DNA of 63,885 bases, counting the filler, from Conidiobolus incongruus B7586 (taxonomy: Eukaryota): NCBI GenBank assembly GCA_000697335.1. It is 5 parts of 5 records of this genome, joined end to end, with 100 filler letters (N's around TTAATTAATTAA, not from the genome) between each part and the next. Parts side by side here need not be neighbours in the genome. Positions count along the whole stretch, not along the records: positions 32,620 to 41,450 come from JNEM01006220.1; positions 41,551 to 58,737 come from JNEM01006223.1; 3 more parts are not named here. One strand, 5' to 3'. This document shows, piece after piece, positions 36,435-49,649 of this stretch. Numbering within the stretch: the stretch's first letter is position 1; the number at the start of each line of letters is the position of its first letter. The notes beneath the pieces are model-generated. The model was not told the origin of the DNA and did not search any database. It worked only from the letters and a program-made list of their open reading frames with translations. A program made the position numbers and the translations under genes.

Positions 36435-39426
36435 ATCCAACTGACTTGCAAAATAATCAACACTAGCAATTGGGTTGATTTCAAACCAAATTTTCCAGAG
36501 ACAATCCTATCTTATTTCTTTTTTGATTTATTCAATTATTTAATTATTACCGAACTTCCTCCTCCATTGTGTATATATTTACTTCAAACATTAATAAATT
36601 TAAAAACTTGTTAAAAAAATAAAACTAATGATTTTAAATCAATTTTGATTTATATTAATCCCAAAAAAATTGTATAATTTTTATTGAATTTTAAAACTTG
36701 CTAATAAAAATATATATCAATTTAATTAATTATTATTTTTGAATTTTTTTAATAATAAAATTGAAATATTTTATTAATATTTATTTTGGATGGATAAGCA
36801 TTTTGTAAGCATTCTAGTTGTGACTGCTTATTCGCAATAGGATGTTAATTACATAATTAATATTGGGAAATTTAAAGTTGTACACAATACAAGAGCTGTA
36901 AACCGAAAATGATTGGAATGATTTTTTATAATAACTATACCTACTTTTTAATTACAAAGCTATATTCAATCAGAAAAGTGCTCTGATTTACAAAGCTTTG
37001 AATTAAATTCTTTATATTATTAAAACACATGATCATGATTTTGAAAATCTAGGTTTTAAAATTGTATATCATATAATTTATCAACATTATACCACATGAT
37101 ATTAAAATTACAGAAAAATATTAATATTGATATATCTGGATTTTACTAGAATATAATTTAAAGATATTGATGTATGTAAAGGAGGTATTCATTTAGATTT
37201 ATATATAAATCATTGTACTTTTTGGACTCAATGTCGATCGAGATTATTCTAGTAATTACTCAATTTTTTAAGCTGAAAATGCTTGCCAAATGTTGACTTT
37301 GATTTTTCGAATGATTGGAGGAAGTTATGTAAACATATTGATGTAATATGGACTTATCAATTTCAACCCCACAAAATGTCTCTATCTGATAACTTTCCAA
37401 TTATAATATTATTGAATAGGATATTGTGAAAATGAAATTTTATAATAATAACCTTTAATCATTATTGATAATTTCAATTTCATTTTTTCAAAAAGTTATT
37501 ATTTATTAATTTATATATCATAGTAGTTTTTATTGGTTATAAACTATTAATCATAAATTTTAATCTTTGTTCCCATTATAGAGAGTATACAATTTCCATA
37601 ATAATATATAAAATAATTATCTTTATATTATTATTTGTAATATTTAAATTTGATTATTGAAATAAAAATTCAAAATCTAACTATCATATTACCAAAATTT
37701 GATTATAAGATAAATTGTTTGATTAATAATCGTTGAATTTATATACTATATATTTGTGATTATTACATGTTCCTTGATTATTAATATGATATATAACTGT
37801 GATGAAAAATATCCGATTCTATCAATAATAAATATCTTTATTTAAATTTATTATGAAAAACTAAAAAAATGTTATCAAAATTAAATTATCAATATCATTA
37901 ATTTTTGACTATCAATTATATCAAATTTTAATAAATTTCTCATACTTGTCAATATAAATTACTCTGAATTAATTAATATTATTATTAACTAGGTCAATAA
38001 TTGCAAAATATATTAAACAAGGTTATTTATAATAGCTAACCAATATCGAAATAAAAATCTATCCATTTAACTTTTTAAATTATTTCAAAAGGCCAATTAT
38101 AATTCATTTTATATTAAAATAACTCTCACACTTAACAAGGAAGAAATTTGTATTGGATATCAAAATTATTAGATCAACTTGAATTTGTCAATTATTCTAA
38201 AGATGAATTCAAGTTTATAGTAATAAAGTATTGATTTTACAATTAAAAAATTTAAAAAAAGCTAAAACTAAGATTATATCCTCAAAAAAAATTCATTCTA
38301 ATTTTGAAATTAATGAATATTTAATATTTGTTCACAAAATGAATAGTTATTATGAATTGATCAATGGATTAATAGTATCAAATCAGTCAAATAGTGTTAT
38401 TCTTAAGTTTTATATATCTAAAATATATTTAATTTCATTTATTATTTTAAAATACAATAATTAATACTATTTATTATTAAATGATTATATAATTTTTTAA
38501 TATTTTGTTTGGAAAATATAAAATTTGAACACTTGAAAAATTTAATGTTTCGACTCCGTAAAATTGTGTTACTAGATCAATTCTTCTTGCATATAATTGT
38601 TGCAAGATTAGGTCATTTAGATAATTAAATAAACGGAGATAGGTTACTAAATCAGCACTATCTAAAATGTGGCAACATGTTTGATATTGAATCATCTCAT
38701 TTCAAAATTCGGTATAAGAATTTTACCTTTATTAAAATTTATAGATTCTTTTGTCCAGTAATTTTATTTTTTTTTACTTTTTTATATAATAGAATACATT
38801 CTTTATATTAATTATTACTTTTTTAAAATTATTTTAAATCTTTAAGGATAATTAGAAAAAATATATGTTTCAAAATTTTAATTTTAATTTCACAATTATA
38901 TACTTAAAAAGTAATATTTTAATATAAATATTAAATATTTATTTATTTGTTATAATGATTATAATTTAAATAAGCTTTAATATTTATTAAAAGTTTCTAG
39001 TTAATACAGCTGAAAGCTTAATATCATTTCAATTTTGTTCATTCACTATCAATATATACCCATACCCTTAAGTCAATTTAGCTACTAGGTGATAGAGTCA
39101 TCATACATTATCAACAAGGACTTAACATGATTAAATGTTTTTGTTAAGGTAACTTTAACCTCCTTGACTTAAAGTCTATCTTAGTTAATTTCAAAACAAG
39201 AAAATATAAGCTAAATTAGCATGGGTTAATATCATAGGCACTAGGTGATATCAGTGATGTTTTCTATATGAAATCCATGAAACCATAACAATACATAATA
39301 TTGATTTACTTAATACTGAAATCTAAATTTATTATAATTATATACCAATAAATAGTCATAACAAAGAGAATTCAATACCAAATTGTCTAGATTCAGACTT
39401 AAATTTCTGAACATTTAATTCTTCTA

Positions 39427-39497
39427 TGAAACTGAAACCCCTCCTTTTTCTAAGAAATTTACGGCTATACTAGTAAAATCGTGTTAGGGGCTTAATT
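39427..39497 (+). promoter_or_regulatory. Conserved upstream block with inverted CCCCT/AGGGG (STRE-like) pair, paralog B
   Basis: CCCCT at 39438-39442 and AGGGG at 39486-39490, about 1.07 kb upstream of ATG 40504. Confidence 0.5.
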
Positions 39498-40503
39498 CAT
39501 TATTCAATTAACAGTCATTCTTTTCTTAATAAAATTTATACTGATACACCTTATATTAATTCTAGGTCATGTAAACTAAAATCAACCAGTCAATTCACTA
39601 AAAATTTTAGTAATTTTGCTTTTAAAATTCCCTGAAAAGTGTTAAAGGATTATATTGGAGTTTCAGATTTCTAAAAGTAGTCAAATACGAAAGTAATTTT
39701 ACTTGGAATTATCTTAAATTGATTTAAAATTATTTGACTGGTTAGTTGAATTTAAATAAATTAAAATTTGTATTCTTAAGTGACTAGATAAATTAGATTC
39801 TGAAACTAATATCAGCAGATAATATGTTAAATAATTCATTTAGAGGTAATTAAACATTCTGAAAACCTGGAGAATATATTAACAATTCTTACACCATAAA
39901 ATAAGTTTGAATATTATATCACCTATTAAAGTCTTGCGACGATACGGTTTTATTTTGAGTCATATTCCTAGTGGGGGAGATTGTTATTCCTGTAAAAATA
40001 CGTGCAGAGCATACAGCTAAATTTTAAAGTTTAATTATTCATTGTAAATATTTTTAGTTGAAAATTTTGGTGTATTTGTAATCATAAATTTTCCAAAATT
40101 TCATTGATTTGTAAGTATTATATAATGACTATATTCTTAATACTAAAATTAGACATTGGTTGAAAATTAAGTCACTTTGATCAGCTACTCTACATAGTTA
40201 ATATAACCTTAATAAATGATAATTGAAGCTTGCCAATATTATTCAGGCTAAATATTATTGTCCACTTCTAAAGAAGTAACAAAATAAAGTAAATGATTCA
40301 AACTGAGAATAGGAGTTTGAGTTCAGGATATGATTTTATTCCTAGTTTTTATTTGTTCAATTAATTTTAATTGGTTAATTGTTTAAATTCCATATTTGGA
40401 TTAGGATGTGCATTAATTCAGTGAAATTTTTTACTATAAAATGACTACTATTTTCACATTGATCATTATTAGTCAGTTTCATTTCATCAATATTTATTAT
40501 AAC

Positions 40504-40857
40504 ATGAATTCCCCAGTAATCAGCTATCAACAATTTGTCCAAAATATGGAAGCTTCCGAATCTTTCGAGTGCATTGAAAAGATGGCATATATATCCAGGA
40601 TGCGTCGTAGAGGATCCAATGTATCTATCTATTCACAAAATTCAATTGCCTCATCGGTTTGCTCAACAGCCTCAACCAAGTCAGCAGTACCATCTCCACT
40701 TGATTTGGACTCTGCTTTATATCAAAAAGGATTCGAACTCCGCCAATTCGACTCTATTGAGGAGTTTGATACAATCCTTGAAAAGGGATATGGTATTGGG
40801 TTTGAATCCATGTCAACATTGAAACTAACCTTAACACCGGAGTTGTTAAGAAATTAA
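40504..40857 (+). CDS. Small unknown protein (117 aa), paralog B
   Basis: The ATG at 40504 (MNSPVISYQQF) aligns with the paralog A start. The upstream ATG at 40441 follows a TATAAA directly and is probably not used. Confidence 0.85.
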   Translation: MNSPVISYQQFVQNMEASESFECIEKMAYISRMRRRGSNVSIYSQNSIASSVCSTASTKSAVPSPLDLDSALYQKGFELRQFDSIEEFDTILEKGYGIGFESMSTLKLTLTPELLRN

Positions 40858-41450
40858 TTTATTACAAAACTTGTATTTAATTCATTAATCCTTTTGAAAG
40901 AACTGGTTGAATCATCTCAACAATAACGCTCATTCCGTCCTCCTTTGCATTATAATATACATACATCTCGCATTGTAAATATGATTAAAAACTTAATTAA
41001 TTTCAATTATTTAAAAAATATATAATTAAAATTGTTTTACAATAATAATAATAATATCAATCATATTGACAAATAATCAAAACATAAAATAATTATAATT
41101 TAATTTTATATATTTAGAAATTTTATAATTTAAATAATCGTATTTACTAATATATATATTTCAAAATAATGGGTTATTTATAATTTTGATTCAATTAAAT
41201 AAAAATTATATATTAAACAAAATTAGTATAATATTAATGTAATATTATTATAGAGCTCTAAATAAATAATCATAATTTTGAAAGCATAAATTATAGATAA
41301 TTAGAATAATAATTGAAATACTAGTATAATATTAAGATAAAATGTAATATATAACTATATTATGATTTAAAATTTATCTTATTTAAATTTTAATATTGAT
41401 TTAATAAAACTTTTAAAATAATCTAAAACAATAATACTAATAATATCAAA

Positions 41451-41550
41451 NNNNNNNNNNNNNNNNNNNNNNNNNNNNNNNNNNNNNNNNNNNNTTAATT
41501 AATTAANNNNNNNNNNNNNNNNNNNNNNNNNNNNNNNNNNNNNNNNNNNN
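41451..41550. other. Artificial contig spacer
   Basis: N44-TTAATTAATTAA-N44. Confidence 0.97.
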
Positions 41551-41887
41551 TCCTTTTAAATAGACATTTTGTTAATAAATAAATATTAATCATTATAATA
41601 AATTATAATAAATTATAATAATAAATGTTATTCATATTTAATTTTTGAGGGAAAATTAATTAATAATAAACTTTATATTATTTTTTTAAATAAAAATATT
41701 TTTAATTAATGTTCTTAATATAATTTAAGAAAATTTATTATTTTATATAATAATTGTAAAATACATAAATTTAAAATTATAAAAAACTTTTTAATTAAAA
41801 ATAACTGGAAATAACTACCACATCTAGTATACTCTTTAAATTATAACTTATGTAATTGTAATTACTTTAAGCAATAAAAAAACTAGC

Positions 41888-42135
41888 TTACAAGAAAAAA
41901 ATTTTCTATAAGAAAATTTAATTAGTTTATAAAATATCAAATTTCAGTTTTTAATAAAAAAAACTGTTTTTTAAGTGTTAGAAGTTTGTTAAAAATAAAA
42001 CAAAAAGTTATTAATAATAAAAGACACTATTAAATTTATATTATATATTTATTTTTATATATTATATATTATATATTAAAATATTTATTTATTTTTAATC
42101 ATAAAAATTCCCATTATTAAAAATACAGAGTAATA
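41888..42135 (+). repeat. AT-rich interspersed repeat (composite match to 13681-13830 inverted and to ~19-84 direct)
   Basis: 41888-42036 matches the reverse complement of 13681-13830. 42071-42135 (atatattaaaat…aaaaattcccattatt…aaatacagagtaata) matches window positions ~19-84. Confidence 0.65.
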
Positions 42136-42804
42136 ACATTATTACCTGATTTATTCTGATAATTCCAATCATCAGTCACAATATTAATAATTCATTCAAT
42201 GATTTTAAGCAAAAATATTTAATAATTGAATCTCAGAGTATAATAAGTAATTCAATGATAATTATAATTATTTAAATATATAAAAGTTCCAAACTAATTA
42301 ATAGTTTGAATGATTATTTGCATTAAATTACATTATTTTTAAATTATTTCAAAATCTCTATATACTATAATAGTTGTAAAATAATATTGAAATTGATTTG
42401 AATTATCGCCTAATTAACAATATAAAATCAGTATTAATAATATTCTGTATTTGAAAATTACTCTATTAATTTATATGATTAAAAATGATTTCTAACTAAA
42501 TAAATAATTTACTATAATTTTTTTAAAAAAATTGTGCTAAGCTCAATTAAATATTAAATATTTACAAAAAAATATCAATTTGAATAATTAAAAATATGAA
42601 AAATAAAATAAAATAATAAATGATTAATTTATATTAATTTGTTATAATACCTAAATTCTCATACTATCATTCATCTACTTTAATACCAATCAAATTCCTA
42701 ATTTCCTATACTATCAACTTGTCCAAAATCCCACAAATTTTATCACTTCTAATTAATTTATATTTAATTATTTACAACCCAGTCACTTGAATCATAAATT
42801 AAAG

Positions 42805-45045
42805 ATGACGAATTTGAGATCACGCGATAAATCCAAGTCAGATAATTCTAATATTGACGAATTGGAATCTAAATTCATCAATGAAGTAATATATCAATCA
42901 CTAAAATGATGAATAACCTTATCTAATAATATTTTAGACAAAGCCCAAAAATCATCCAAGTTTGATCAAAGATTGGAAATTTATCGGAGCTTGCATCCTA
43001 CTAGCAATGATCCTCATATTCTATCGAAATGCCAAGTAACTACTATAAAATCATTAAATTTATTCATAATTCATTATTATAACTACTAGATTAAATGACA
43101 ACAAAGTCACAAAACGCTACAGTTCTGGAAAGCCTTCCATATTTTCCAAAAAGCAATCGTCCCGTTATGTGTTCTATAATGGTAACATTGTAACTGTGGA
43201 AGGCAATCCCGATCAATGGTATCATGAAGCAATTGCTGTAAAGGATGGAGTAATTGTAGGTGTTGGAAAACGTCAGGAGCTGTTCGATCAATTTAGCAAA
43301 TTTAAGGTAACTTATTTTATTTAATAATGTTATAGTGATAGTGATATTGATAATGTGTAGAAATACGATTTAAAAGGTCATACTCTGATCCCTGGGATCA
43401 TTGATTCTCACAGCGTAAGTTTCAAATCACTTCAATCACCAATACTAATTCAGGTTTAGCACCTTTTGATGAGAGGCCGTCAACTAAATCAAGTGAATTT
43501 ATTCAATTCCAAATCTATTCAAGGTAATCTACCACTTAACGTTCAATACATATATCTAATCCTTTTAGAAATCCGCCATAGAATTCTAAAACATGAGTAC
43601 AAGAACAAAGGTAAGAAAACTTGGCTGAGGGGATACGGCTGGGATCAGAATGAGTGGTCAAGTGCAGAATTTCCAACTTCCAAAGACTTGAAATTCAATA
43701 ATCACTTGGACAAGCGCGTCATTCTCTTAACTCGCAAGGATTTCCACGCACTCTGGCTCAATGCGAAAGGTGTGGATTACGTATTAGAAAAGATGCCAGA
43801 GATGAAAGATCCAAACTATAAGATTGACGGCGGCGAAATTATTAGATTCGAAGATGGGACGCCCACAGGTGTGTTTTTGGATAATGCTATGGATGTCGTG
43901 CAGAGATTAGCACCTGCTTCAACTGTGGAGGAGGAGATCGAGAGTTGGAATATGGTGAGTGATGAGATGCTTAGCTACGGGATGACTGCAGCCCACGATG
44001 CCGGAAGTTCGCCCGAAGAGATTGAGTTTTACAAAGGGAGACTTGAGGCTGGCGATTTTAATGTCAGACTTTATGCAATGGCTCTTTGTCGTTGGGGTAT
44101 CTATGACAGGTGTGACGATTTGACTGCTCAGTTGGACGATGGCATTGGTGGATCCAAGCTCTTTGTAAGGGGCGTCAAGTTAATTGGTGACGGTGCTCTG
44201 GGATCATGGGGTGCTGCGATGATTGAACCTTATGACGATAATCCAACAACTTCCGGCTTCTTGCTCACCTCGTCTGAACATTTGGAAGCGACAATGAGAC
44301 AACTGATCAAACGCGGCTGGCAAGTGAATGTCCATTGCATTGGTGATCTCTGTACTCGTGAAGTACTTCGCCACTTTGAAACTATCTATAAAGAACTGAA
44401 CATTACAGACAATTCCCAACTCAGAAACCGTATTGAGCATGTCCAATTCATCACCCCCGAAGACATTACTCGCATGATCAATTTGAAAATCATTCCAAGC
44501 ATGCAACCCACGCACGCAACTTCCGACATGGGATACTGTGCGTCACGCTTGGGCGACCGTTGTGCCAACGGTTACAGATGGAAGACCTTATTGGATGGGG
44601 TTGGCAGAATCGCACTCGGAAGCGATTTCCCAGTGGAGAAGGTCAACCCTTGGGAGGGTATTTATAGTGCAGTCACTCGCTTGGATCACGCTGGTAATTC
44701 GGTAAGTTATCAACCCTTTTCACGTTTCATATCACTAATCTTTTTTAGCCTCAAGGCCCCGATGGTTGGTATCCTAAGGAGAGACTCACACGCGAAGAAG
44801 CTCTCAAAGGATTTACTTTAGATGCAGCTTATGCAGGATTTATGGATCATTTGGTAATCTTTCATTCACTTATCATCTTACAATTGCTGACATATATCTA
44901 GATTGGCAGTTTATCAGTTGGCAAATTAGCTGATTTCGCCATTTTACCCTACAATCCATTGAACTGCACACTTGAACAACTATTAACAATGCATGTCAAA
45001 ACTACCTTAGTTGGTGGTAAAATTGTATTTGGTGAACTACCTTAA
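42805..45045 (+). CDS. YtcJ-like amidohydrolase (Amidohydro_3) with N-terminal transmembrane anchor, multi-exon
   Basis: Spliced product: N-terminal TM (FIGACILLAMILIFY), YDLKGHTLIPGIIDSHSH, GYGWDQNEW, VKLIGDGALGSWGAAM, NVHCIGD, RIEHVQ, PSMQPTHATSD, LGSDFPVE, GSLSVGKLADF. TAA at 45043-45045. Confidence 0.92.
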
Positions 45046-45117
45046 CTCTTTAATTTACTGATGCAAATAAAAATTTTTTACTTTTGATTTTGAATTAAAA
45101 TTAAAAAAATTTATTTA

Positions 45118-45846
45118 TTAACTCAACACAATATTATAAATACCATTTTCGTCGGTTGATTGAGCGATCCAAAGTACAATACAACTACATAATCATTTCT
45201 CATTAATATTCAATATAATTATAAAAATTTATGAATTACCTAATTAAAATTAAAACATTTTGAAAAATAATATTGGTTCCAATAAATTGTAATTCATAAT
45301 TATTACTTAAGTAATATTTTAAAATAGCTAAAGTCTAAAATAAAAATTAATAGAAATAATTAAAAGATTAAAAAATTGAGTTACAATGGAACCAAATAAA
45401 GCGCCAGCGTTGGCAGTGATACCGATAAAAAAGCAGAGACGAGCTTGCCACGCTAAGTTGCTTCCTGAGTAAGTGAACGTATCGCCAGTCATAAGTGAAG
45501 GATCTAGTAAATTCACACTTGAAAAATTATTAAAAATTCCAAATAATATTAGCTGTAAAGACTTACACCAACATACCAATAGTACTCACAATACCTGGAG
45601 CATAATCCTCAATGTAGGGGTAGAAATCCTCCTTTTGATTTTGGGAAAAGTGGACGATACTGTCAATGAATAACCACCAACCTACCGCAAACTTGGTCAA
45701 ATTAATAATAGAATTGACAATAATAAATATAATTAAGTTACTAAAAAGCCGCTCAAATACACTAAGATTGAACGTTTTCTAGGCCCCAGAGATGAGAGGT
45801 TTGGAAGTTGACAAATGAAGGGATGGCGAGGTTGGTCAAAGTTCAT
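45118..45846 (-). CDS. VPS68: Vps68/UPF0220 (TMEM50-like) membrane protein, multi-exon
   Basis: Spliced: ILVYLSGFL-FAVGWWLFID...EDYAPGIVSTIGMLV-VNLLD...AWQARLCFFIG...IFQNVLILIS-VVLWIAQ, the UPF0220 pattern. Confidence 0.85.
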
Positions 45847-47041
45847 GTTGGTTAAAGTGACTTGGTTTGTTTGTTTTCTAGTTTAGGACTGATGAAACTT
45901 AATTTTAAAGAGTTTTTAATTAGAATTAATTTATGGGTATAATATTGAAAAGGATGGAGGATTATTATTGGCTGAACCTAGTCATGTGACCTTTCAACTC
46001 TAACTATTATGATTTTTAAAACTGTAAGGAATTTAATTTGAATTAAAATAAATTGGGAAATATACAAATTATAATTATTTAAATATAAAATAATATTTAA
46101 ATTAATTATTTTGAATTTTTTGAAATTTTGTTATCAAAGAAAATAAATAAAAAAATATTTTATTATTTTGAGCATATATAAATATCCTGATAAATTAATT
46201 TTCTCATTACTATTAAAAAGATTTAAAATGCATTCAATGAGATGATTAATAAATGGATATTTTCTTGATCGGTATAAAGCAGTATTTACCCAATTTAATT
46301 TAATACTTTGATAATTTCACTTGATAATAATAACCTTGGGAAAAGCATTTTCAACTAAATTCTATATCTGGATATTAATTTTAATTTTATAAAATTATTA
46401 TAATAAATTGGATATATAAAAAACTTGATATTATAGTATTTTTTTAATTGTAATACTCATATTTCAATCAAATTTTTGATGTAAATTTATATTTAGCTTA
46501 AATATTATTGATTAATTAATCAATTGAGAAATCTAGGATTGGTTTAGATTCAAAGATATTTCTTATATTTTATAAGGTTTTCAATCTTTCTAATTTACTA
46601 ATGTATTCCTTATTATGTTAATTTAAATTGATTATTTTATCAAAAAAGTCATACAATCTCAAATTACATTTATATAGTTTCTTTATTATCATTTTTCTAT
46701 ATAAATTTTTTAATAAATATTCCAGTTAATAATTTAGAAAATTCGATGTATAATAAAATTTTTCAATTTTAATCAAATATTTTTGGATAAATAAGATATA
46801 ACTAACATCAAAAATATCAAAATATCAAAAATAAAAGATTTAAAGTTTGTCAATTTTTATTAGTATGATTTATATTATTTTGAACCTGTCATAGTTTAAT
46901 TAAAATGATACTATATTAAAAATTATCAATTGTCATATTAATATCAAAATTTTAGTTAACATTTTTATTATTATGTTTGAATATCAGTTAATCAAATAAA
47001 TATTAATAAGTAGTAAATGATATAAAAAATAAATTTAATAA

Positions 47042-48373
47042 TTAATAAACGTAGGGAATAATCCTGTAGGGTACTAACTGTCTGTATTGCTTCCAATACT
47101 TACCATATTTGATACCACAATTGTGATCGTCACGACTGTCCCTGTGGACGAGGAGGATAAAGAAGTAGACCGCGAAAAAGTATGGGATTAAATTGTCGTA
47201 ACCACAGGCGAGACATTGACTGAAAGACATGATCCAATCGCCAAAGTAATTAATGTGACTGGCGATGCCCCACCAGCCGCTTGTCATCAATCTGCGGCCA
47301 GTGTCGGTTTCAATATAGGAAATATGGGCGAGTGCAGGATCATCAGGATTTGATCTAAATTTGTCCTTTTGACCATTGGCTTGTCTGAAAATGATGTAAC
47401 CGACGATATACATGATTAGGACGAAGATAATCTGATTCCACGTGAGTTCGACGTGAACAAGTGTCAAGTACCTGGCTTGGAGCGTATAGAAGAAGGGCAA
47501 CCAAGCGATATCCCCAAACATTAGCATATAGCCAAACCCGTCGGAAATAATATCCATGGTGGTGAGTACACAGTGTTGATTGTAATGAGAGTCAATCACA
47601 TAGTAAATCTGGGAAAGAGTAACAAACAACATGGAAAAAGTGACATGTCCTTGCAACTGGTGGTGTTGCTTAGCAATCATGCACAAATTGAGGACAATCC
47701 AGCCCATAAGACCGGGACGCAATTCGAAAAATTCTTTGAGGTCGAGGCAACCAATACTGGGATTGAGTTCTCTACCCATCCAAAAGTCGTAAATGAACTT
47801 TCCACTGTTGCCACCCAAAGCCAATAATTTGTTGGGCTGATAGGATGAGTACCACAAGTACAGAGCTGCAAGAGTCGTAAAGATGATAGCAGTACATAGA
47901 AGCTGGAAGAATTGGTCATAAACTACGAGAAAAGGAGCGTGGCCCCAAGTGAAAAAGGCGAAGACAGCTAATCCTAAAGTAATCATTAAAACCTTGAAAC
48001 CTAAAGAAATCCATTAGCTCAAGTTGTTAAGGATATAATGCTAATAATTACTATTCTGCTTATACTGCACATAGCCGCCATTTCTCAACTTAGTACCCTG
48101 AATCCACTCTCCAGGCACAGTATACCACATGAAGACTTGATAAGCGAGCCAACCCAAATAAATTTTAGCAGCTGTCCAACTCAACATTCTATCAGGAGTC
48201 AATAATCTCAAAATATTAAGAATATTATTGGGACACCCCGTATCGGTACAGATAGCATATTGAAATATTAAAAATAGAGGAGTGCATACACTCACAATGG
48301 AAGTGCCCAACACTCCGAGGAATTCTAGTTCTTTAGTTACTGGGTTTAATTCTGTGTCTTTAGATTTTATCAT
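47042..48373 (-). CDS. ERG24: C-14 sterol reductase, 2 exons (intron 48001-48051)
   Basis: LNPVTKELEFLG, IYDFWMGRELNP, FFELRPGLMGW, LTTMDIISDGFGYML, GWWGIASHINYFGDW, LLVHRDSRDD, YRIIPYVY. Confidence 0.94.
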
Positions 48374-49449
48374 AATTAATTTATAAATATTTTTTTGATT
48401 AATTAATTTTTCACACTATTATTTTATTTTAAATATTATATTGAATAGAAGGTTTGCATACAAGGTATTTATACTTATCTAATTTGACTTTGTCACAATT
48501 GGTCTTCGAATTTATCCCGTACCTTCCATATTTGGAAACTTATAATCTTCTTAAAATTCTCTGCAAAACCGATTTGGTTTTTAAGATTTTATAATTGTAT
48601 TTAGTCATATTGGAGTTTATTGAAATTGATATTACATATATTTGAAGAATTTTAAGTTAAAAAATTATTATATTTGTATATTAAAAAATTTTGAATTAGC
48701 TTTTTAAACTATTATATTGATTTTTATACTTTTCATTTTTTTTATTTGAATCAAAGTAAAATTTATAATTCAAACTCAACTTTTTTTTAAAAAAATATTT
48801 CTATATTGGGATAAATTCAAAATAATATTCTTAAGTTCTTAAAGATTTTTTAAATATTCCAAAATGAGGCAAATTATAAAATATTAATCTAATATAATCC
48901 AATATTGATGAATTCAAAATTAATCAATATCGAAAACTGATTAATATTAATCCGTTATTAGCAATGATATATATTTCATTTGATAATCCTTTTTTATTAT
49001 TGTATATATTTAGTTAATGTAGGGTAAAATATTTGGAAAATAGTATTAATACAAGATTCAAGTACTCAATCTAACAGCTTTTAACAAATTTCACAAAATA
49101 ATTTGTAATATGAGTAAAATAATTGTGATAATAAATAATATATATTTTGCCTTATTTGGTTTAAAAGAATTATATTTATGAAAATATAATATTTAACTAT
49201 TAGGATATGTTAATATTTTTAATATCACAAATTATGAATTATAAAATATCAATGAATATAAAATGCTGATATAAATTATATATAGTTTGGAAATAGTATA
49301 TATTTGATAATTATAAATAAGAATAATTATTAATTATTAATTTATATATTGATTTAATTAAAAGAATCAAAAGCAAAAATATAAATGAATGTTGTAATAG
49401 TTTATAAAATAATATACTCCGAATTTCATTATTCTCAGTTAATTTTTAA

Positions 49450-49521
49450 TCCGATATGGTCCAGTGGTTAGGATTTCTCGCTTTCACCGAGACGGCCAGG
49501 GTTCGATTCCCTGTATCGGAG
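49450..49521 (+). tRNA. tRNA-Glu (anticodon TTC)
   Basis: 72-nt TCCGATATGGTCCAGTGGTTAGGATTTCTCGCTTTCACCGAGACGGCCAGGGTTCGATTCCCTGTATCGGAG, with TCTCG/CGAGA anticodon stem, A/B boxes and a downstream T run. Confidence 0.96.
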
Positions 49522-49649
49522 TCTTAAAAGATGATGTGTGGATGTTTTTTATATAAAATTCTTATTCTTATAAATATTTTTATAATAATTATTTATATCA
49601 AATCATAAATTTACAATAATTTATTTAAACAGTTTCTGATTTTATGAAA

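Noticed and set aside
36860..37560. Possible gene remnant between the small paralogs (similar patches at ~1370-1870, ~26600-27480 and ~34200-34450)
   Set aside because: Slightly coding-like, but no frame or motif could be supported by eye.
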